Assembly (NCBI GenBank): GCA_963709405.1
Contig: CAVPXM010000006.1
Location: forward strand, 28,884-92,883
Reading direction: 5' to 3'
Length of the DNA stretch: 64,000 bases
DNA from: an uncultured Nitrososphaerales archaeon
GTDB lineage: Archaea > Thermoproteota > Nitrososphaeria > Nitrososphaerales > Nitrososphaeraceae
Part shown: piece by piece, positions 60,848-64,000 of the stretch
How the letters are laid out: every line of letters begins with the position of its first letter
Position numbering within the stretch: position 1 is the first letter of the stretch
Made by a program: the position numbers and the translations under genes
The notes under the pieces: generated by a model
Databases searched by the model: none
Told to the model about the DNA's origin: nothing
What the model saw: the letters and a program-made list of their open reading frames with translations, nothing else

Positions 60848-60982
60848 CCGTCATAGACGTCAGAGTATCCATCGTCCTATATTGGATTCTACATCCATAT
60901 GAGTATGTGGTACGACATAGTAATACAATTTTCATTATACAGAATTGAATATGTACTATGGATACTATGGATACTATGACGG
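60848..60982. repeat. Origin-like site: inverted 9-bp-period arrays
   Basis: ccgtcatag-acgtcagag-tatccatcg ... ctatggata-ctatggata-ctatgacgg. Confidence 0.7.
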
Positions 60983-61718
60983 ATTGGATATCACTAGAGA
61001 TTCGAGCACGAAATTCTATGAATATTATATGTAAAATTAATCCGTCAGGGTTGGTTTTCTATACATCAACAACGGTATTCTATAATGAAAAGCAAAAATG
61101 AGTGTTGTCTACCTATAATAATAAGAGTAATGCTGAATAAGAAATTAGTCAAGTCTGAAACCATAAATAAATCGCATCATGTTATTATGTCTACATTATT
61201 AATCGTCTTGGACTATCATCCTGTAGGTGTGATGATACTATCGATAGTTACACCTTGCCATAGAAATCCTACAATAGGTATACCATCAATATTCTGTAGA
61301 GAATCTATTTTTCCCAGTTTATCAGAATAAATCCTTTCCTAGAGATGTTAGTAACAATCACCCAAGCAGTAATCTTCAGTTTAGCATTAGGTGAAAGGAG
61401 CTCTATCAACACGTCCATTGCTACCAGAACTGAGGTTCAAAGTTTTCCTGGTAAATTGGGAGTAAAAAGAGGTCTTTAGAATAGCAAAAGAGTTGTACCA
61501 TGGCATTATTAAGGCACAATCCACAATGTCTGGAATGAAACCGAATGCGTTGATCAGCAGCAACTCAGTCAGCACCACCTCTAGATGGCGATGTAGTTGA
61601 CGTCTAAATGCTCACTTCAATTCTTAATAGATAATAGAAATAATTGATTAAATATGTTTAATTCGCATAAATATAATACCACATAACACTTTTATAGTAT
61701 AATATCATAAAATTTGGT

Positions 61719-61946
61719 ATGCGTAAACGAAATTTTTTCATGGCTTGTTGTTTGGCTATATTATTTGGAATAGGTGTAGTTACTATACCTTCTATAGTCT
61801 TAGCCGACAATCCGCATGAACCTGGCGATCAAGGAAATCCACATTGTCCAAGCCATCCTACAGGAGATCCACACGAATGTTCTAATGTATGTCGACCTGG
61901 TGCTGCTATTCCAGTGTGCAAGGGAGGAGGCGGTAAGCCAGGATAG
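61719..61946 (+). CDS. Small secreted His/Cys/Pro-rich peptide
   Basis: Signal peptide ending VLA, then NPH/NPH/DPH repeats and four Cys; TATA-like tttata upstream. Confidence 0.65.
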   Translation: MRKRNFFMACCLAILFGIGVVTIPSIVLADNPHEPGDQGNPHCPSHPTGDPHECSNVCRPGAAIPVCKGGGGKPG

Positions 61947-62179
61947 TTCTTATCTTAGCTTTACACTTCATGATGTTTTTTACGTTGTAAACATTCATCT
62001 CTATTTTTTGGCGGCCTCTGATTATTATCACTCATTTTGAATCACTTCCTGAAATACTGGACAGAGATTCTGACTGTAACCGATCGGTTGTCTAGCCTCT
62101 TTTTCTGTACTATTAATCTCATCTAGAATTCGCCAATTACATAGTGTATTCATATTACAGACACTAATTCAACTGAATG

Positions 62180-62360
62180 CTTTACTATCTATAGAATCAG
62201 CTAGTCATGAGTAGGTTTGGGGAATCTTAATAGCTCTGATTTATGTATCTCGGGATCTTCGTACTTGATATGGTGCGCTATTGATTCCAAATGCACATTC
62301 TTTATTTCAGGATGTAATCTACAGTAAAAGTATCCTTGCTTCTTAGTTATTATTGGAGTC
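62180..62360 (-). repeat. Degenerate mobile-element segment Z (copy 9)
   Basis: GYFYCRLHPEIKNVHLESIAHHIKYEDPEIHKSELLRFPK. Confidence 0.8.
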
Positions 62361-62830
62361 CATTATCTACCGATGATTTAGTCAACACATTGTACAAGTA
62401 TGGGTTTTCTGTCTCTAACTTCTCTAGACTTATCGGTAAATGACCATTACGTTCTGCAGAATTGATGTTATATTTGATCGTGTAATTAGGACTAAACTGT
62501 AATCGCTTTAACTGGCTGCATTTGTGTAACCAATTTTTGATTGTGCCGTAAGCCTCGTAATCAGAACATTTTATGATATTAGTAAGGTAAGGGGCCAGTA
62601 TACGCCACACTGTAAATTTTCTATGATCCTCTACTTGTGTCTGTAATAGTTTCTCAGTCCATCGGAAAGTAGTTGTATTGATGGTCTGAGCGCGCGCCCT
62701 CCTACTATCCGTTAATCTCTGCTTCATCTATTCATTAATTAGCCATCTTCTAAAATCGCGTAACAGATAATTTATTGCAGGCCTTTGACCGTCCCACCTC
62801 TAAAAGATTTTGAAGCTTTTCGATCAGATG
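62350..62830 (-). pseudogene. PriX-like primase C-terminal domain of a mobile-element primase
   Basis: WTEKLLQTQVEDHRKFTVWRILAPYLTNI..IKNWLHKC..GHLPISLEKL; upstream LLRDFRRWLINE separated by a stop. Confidence 0.75.
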
Positions 62831-63029
62831 GTTTAATCAAACGTAGAGCAAAATTAGTGAATTGGGTTGACGAAGAGAAATAACTGTAATCCAAATACAA
62901 TGTTTCAGCTCTCTTCTATACCTAAGGAACAATATTAATTGTGAAAAAATAAAAAACTGAGGATTGTTTTGGCGTTGTTGTTTCAGTATTTTGTAGTATG
63001 GTGATGATATGAGATAAGATATGCTGATA

Positions 63030-63466
63030 TTATGGCCAACTCCCAACATTAAATTGTTGCCACATCTCTGCAATTTTACCATTTGCTCAATTCTAAAGAG
63101 ATCGAATCCAGTGATGGTTACAGGCTTGTCGCTAGGGGGTATGCCTAACATCTCTTTTTTGAGCATACCAGTATATGTCCATCGAATCAATACCTTATCT
63201 TCATTGGATATTGTATCATGATGTATGAGTTTATATCCAGGCGAGCTCTCTGCTACAACTGATGCAAATTTCTTTACACCTTTTGCACCATAGGTAAACT
63301 CGGAAGGAAGGATAGGATTTCTTAAAACAAAATCTGGAGCCAGAATTTCATCTGCTACAGCTAATTTTCCTTCTCGAAATATTTCCATGTGAAAGCGTCG
63401 AGCCAAGGTTTCATTTTCTTGTTGTTGTTTAGTTCTCGTTGTTGCTGTTGATGAAGATATATACAA
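63030..63466 (-). pseudogene. SnoaL-like ester cyclase, frameshift near 3' end
   Basis: ILAPDFV..GAKGVK..DKVLIRWT..GIPPSDKPVTITGFDLFR. Confidence 0.8.
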
Positions 63467-63805
63467 AATTCCTCATTTTTTTTACCATATCGGTACTTTA
63501 AGGAAATTCCTCAGTATTCTGTCACACAAATAAGAAAGAATATAAAGAAATCAGCAGCGTTTAAGGTCTGGTAACAGACTGGAGATTTGTAAAGAATTGC
63601 TGATCGTGTAGTGATTGCAATCTCTGCTCTGAATAAGTCTTAAACTCTATTAGATCTTGTAAAGTTGGCGAGCAATCAAGCCTAGGTCGCCTATCTTCAT
63701 ATGCAGGACAATATCGAACATCATCTGGTATATACACAATCTGGGGGTATGGATTGATGGGTCTAATCCGACGCTATCGATGAGCCTATTGTCGATGTAT
63801 CTAAT

Positions 63806-64000
63806 TGTTGTACTTGCACGGATAGGTTACATTTCTAATTACCTACATGGGTTACACTTTTCTGTTTAGTTCTCGTATGTGTACTGGATGTAATTAACCT
63901 TTGTAGGAACATCTCCGATGGAGTAAGACCATTTATGCCTCCATGTTCTCTGGTTTCGTTATATGCTTTAACAAACATGTCGTATCTTTGTTTACCATCA
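63806..64000 (-). mobile_element. IS481-family element, 3' end (continues past window)
   Basis: TGTTGTAC end and transposase C-terminus (YNETREHGGINGLTPSEMF) homologous to 19739-19935. Confidence 0.88.

Noticed and set aside
37615-61083. ~45-bp similarity at 37615 and 61043 (cgtcagggttg..ttttctatacatcaa)
   Set aside because: Only two short copies with no structure; probably more element debris
1-64000. CRISPR array, rRNA or tRNA genes
   Set aside because: No regularly spaced repeat-spacer array and no cloverleaf or rRNA-like GC-rich block recognised; the 7- and 9-bp arrays lack unique spacers

Overview
AT-rich (about one-third GC by eye) archaeal accessory region, most likely from a soil ammonia-oxidising archaeon (Nitrososphaeraceae). 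This is inferred from the gene set: cupredoxins, DUF1059, DUF6659-like, CDGSH, P-II, USPs, PriX-domain primase and thaumarchaeal-type tyrosine integrases. I found no rRNA, tRNA or CRISPR array. Intact cargo genes include an alpha/beta hydrolase, sensor kinase, cyclase-family hydrolase, FNR-like reductase, class III nucleotide cyclase, thioesterase and an ApeA-like HEPN protein. They sit among many pseudogenes and IS elements (IS481, IS630, IS6, IS5, IS110, and a 92-bp MITE). The main hidden structure is a polarised series of remnants of integrative plasmid-like elements: nine co-oriented copies of one degenerate segment family, four co-oriented tyrosine-integrase fragments, a D5-like helicase, a PriX-like primase domain and several 9-bp-period origin-like arrays. 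The palindrome GCGCGC occurs at about 12 loci, nearly all at remnant or fragment junctions. Other oddities are an IS630 flanked by a ~130-bp perfect direct repeat and two diverged RTX-repeat paralogues with an in-frame TGA at the same codon. Coordinates of degenerate features are approximate, and all family calls come from motif recognition, not database searches.
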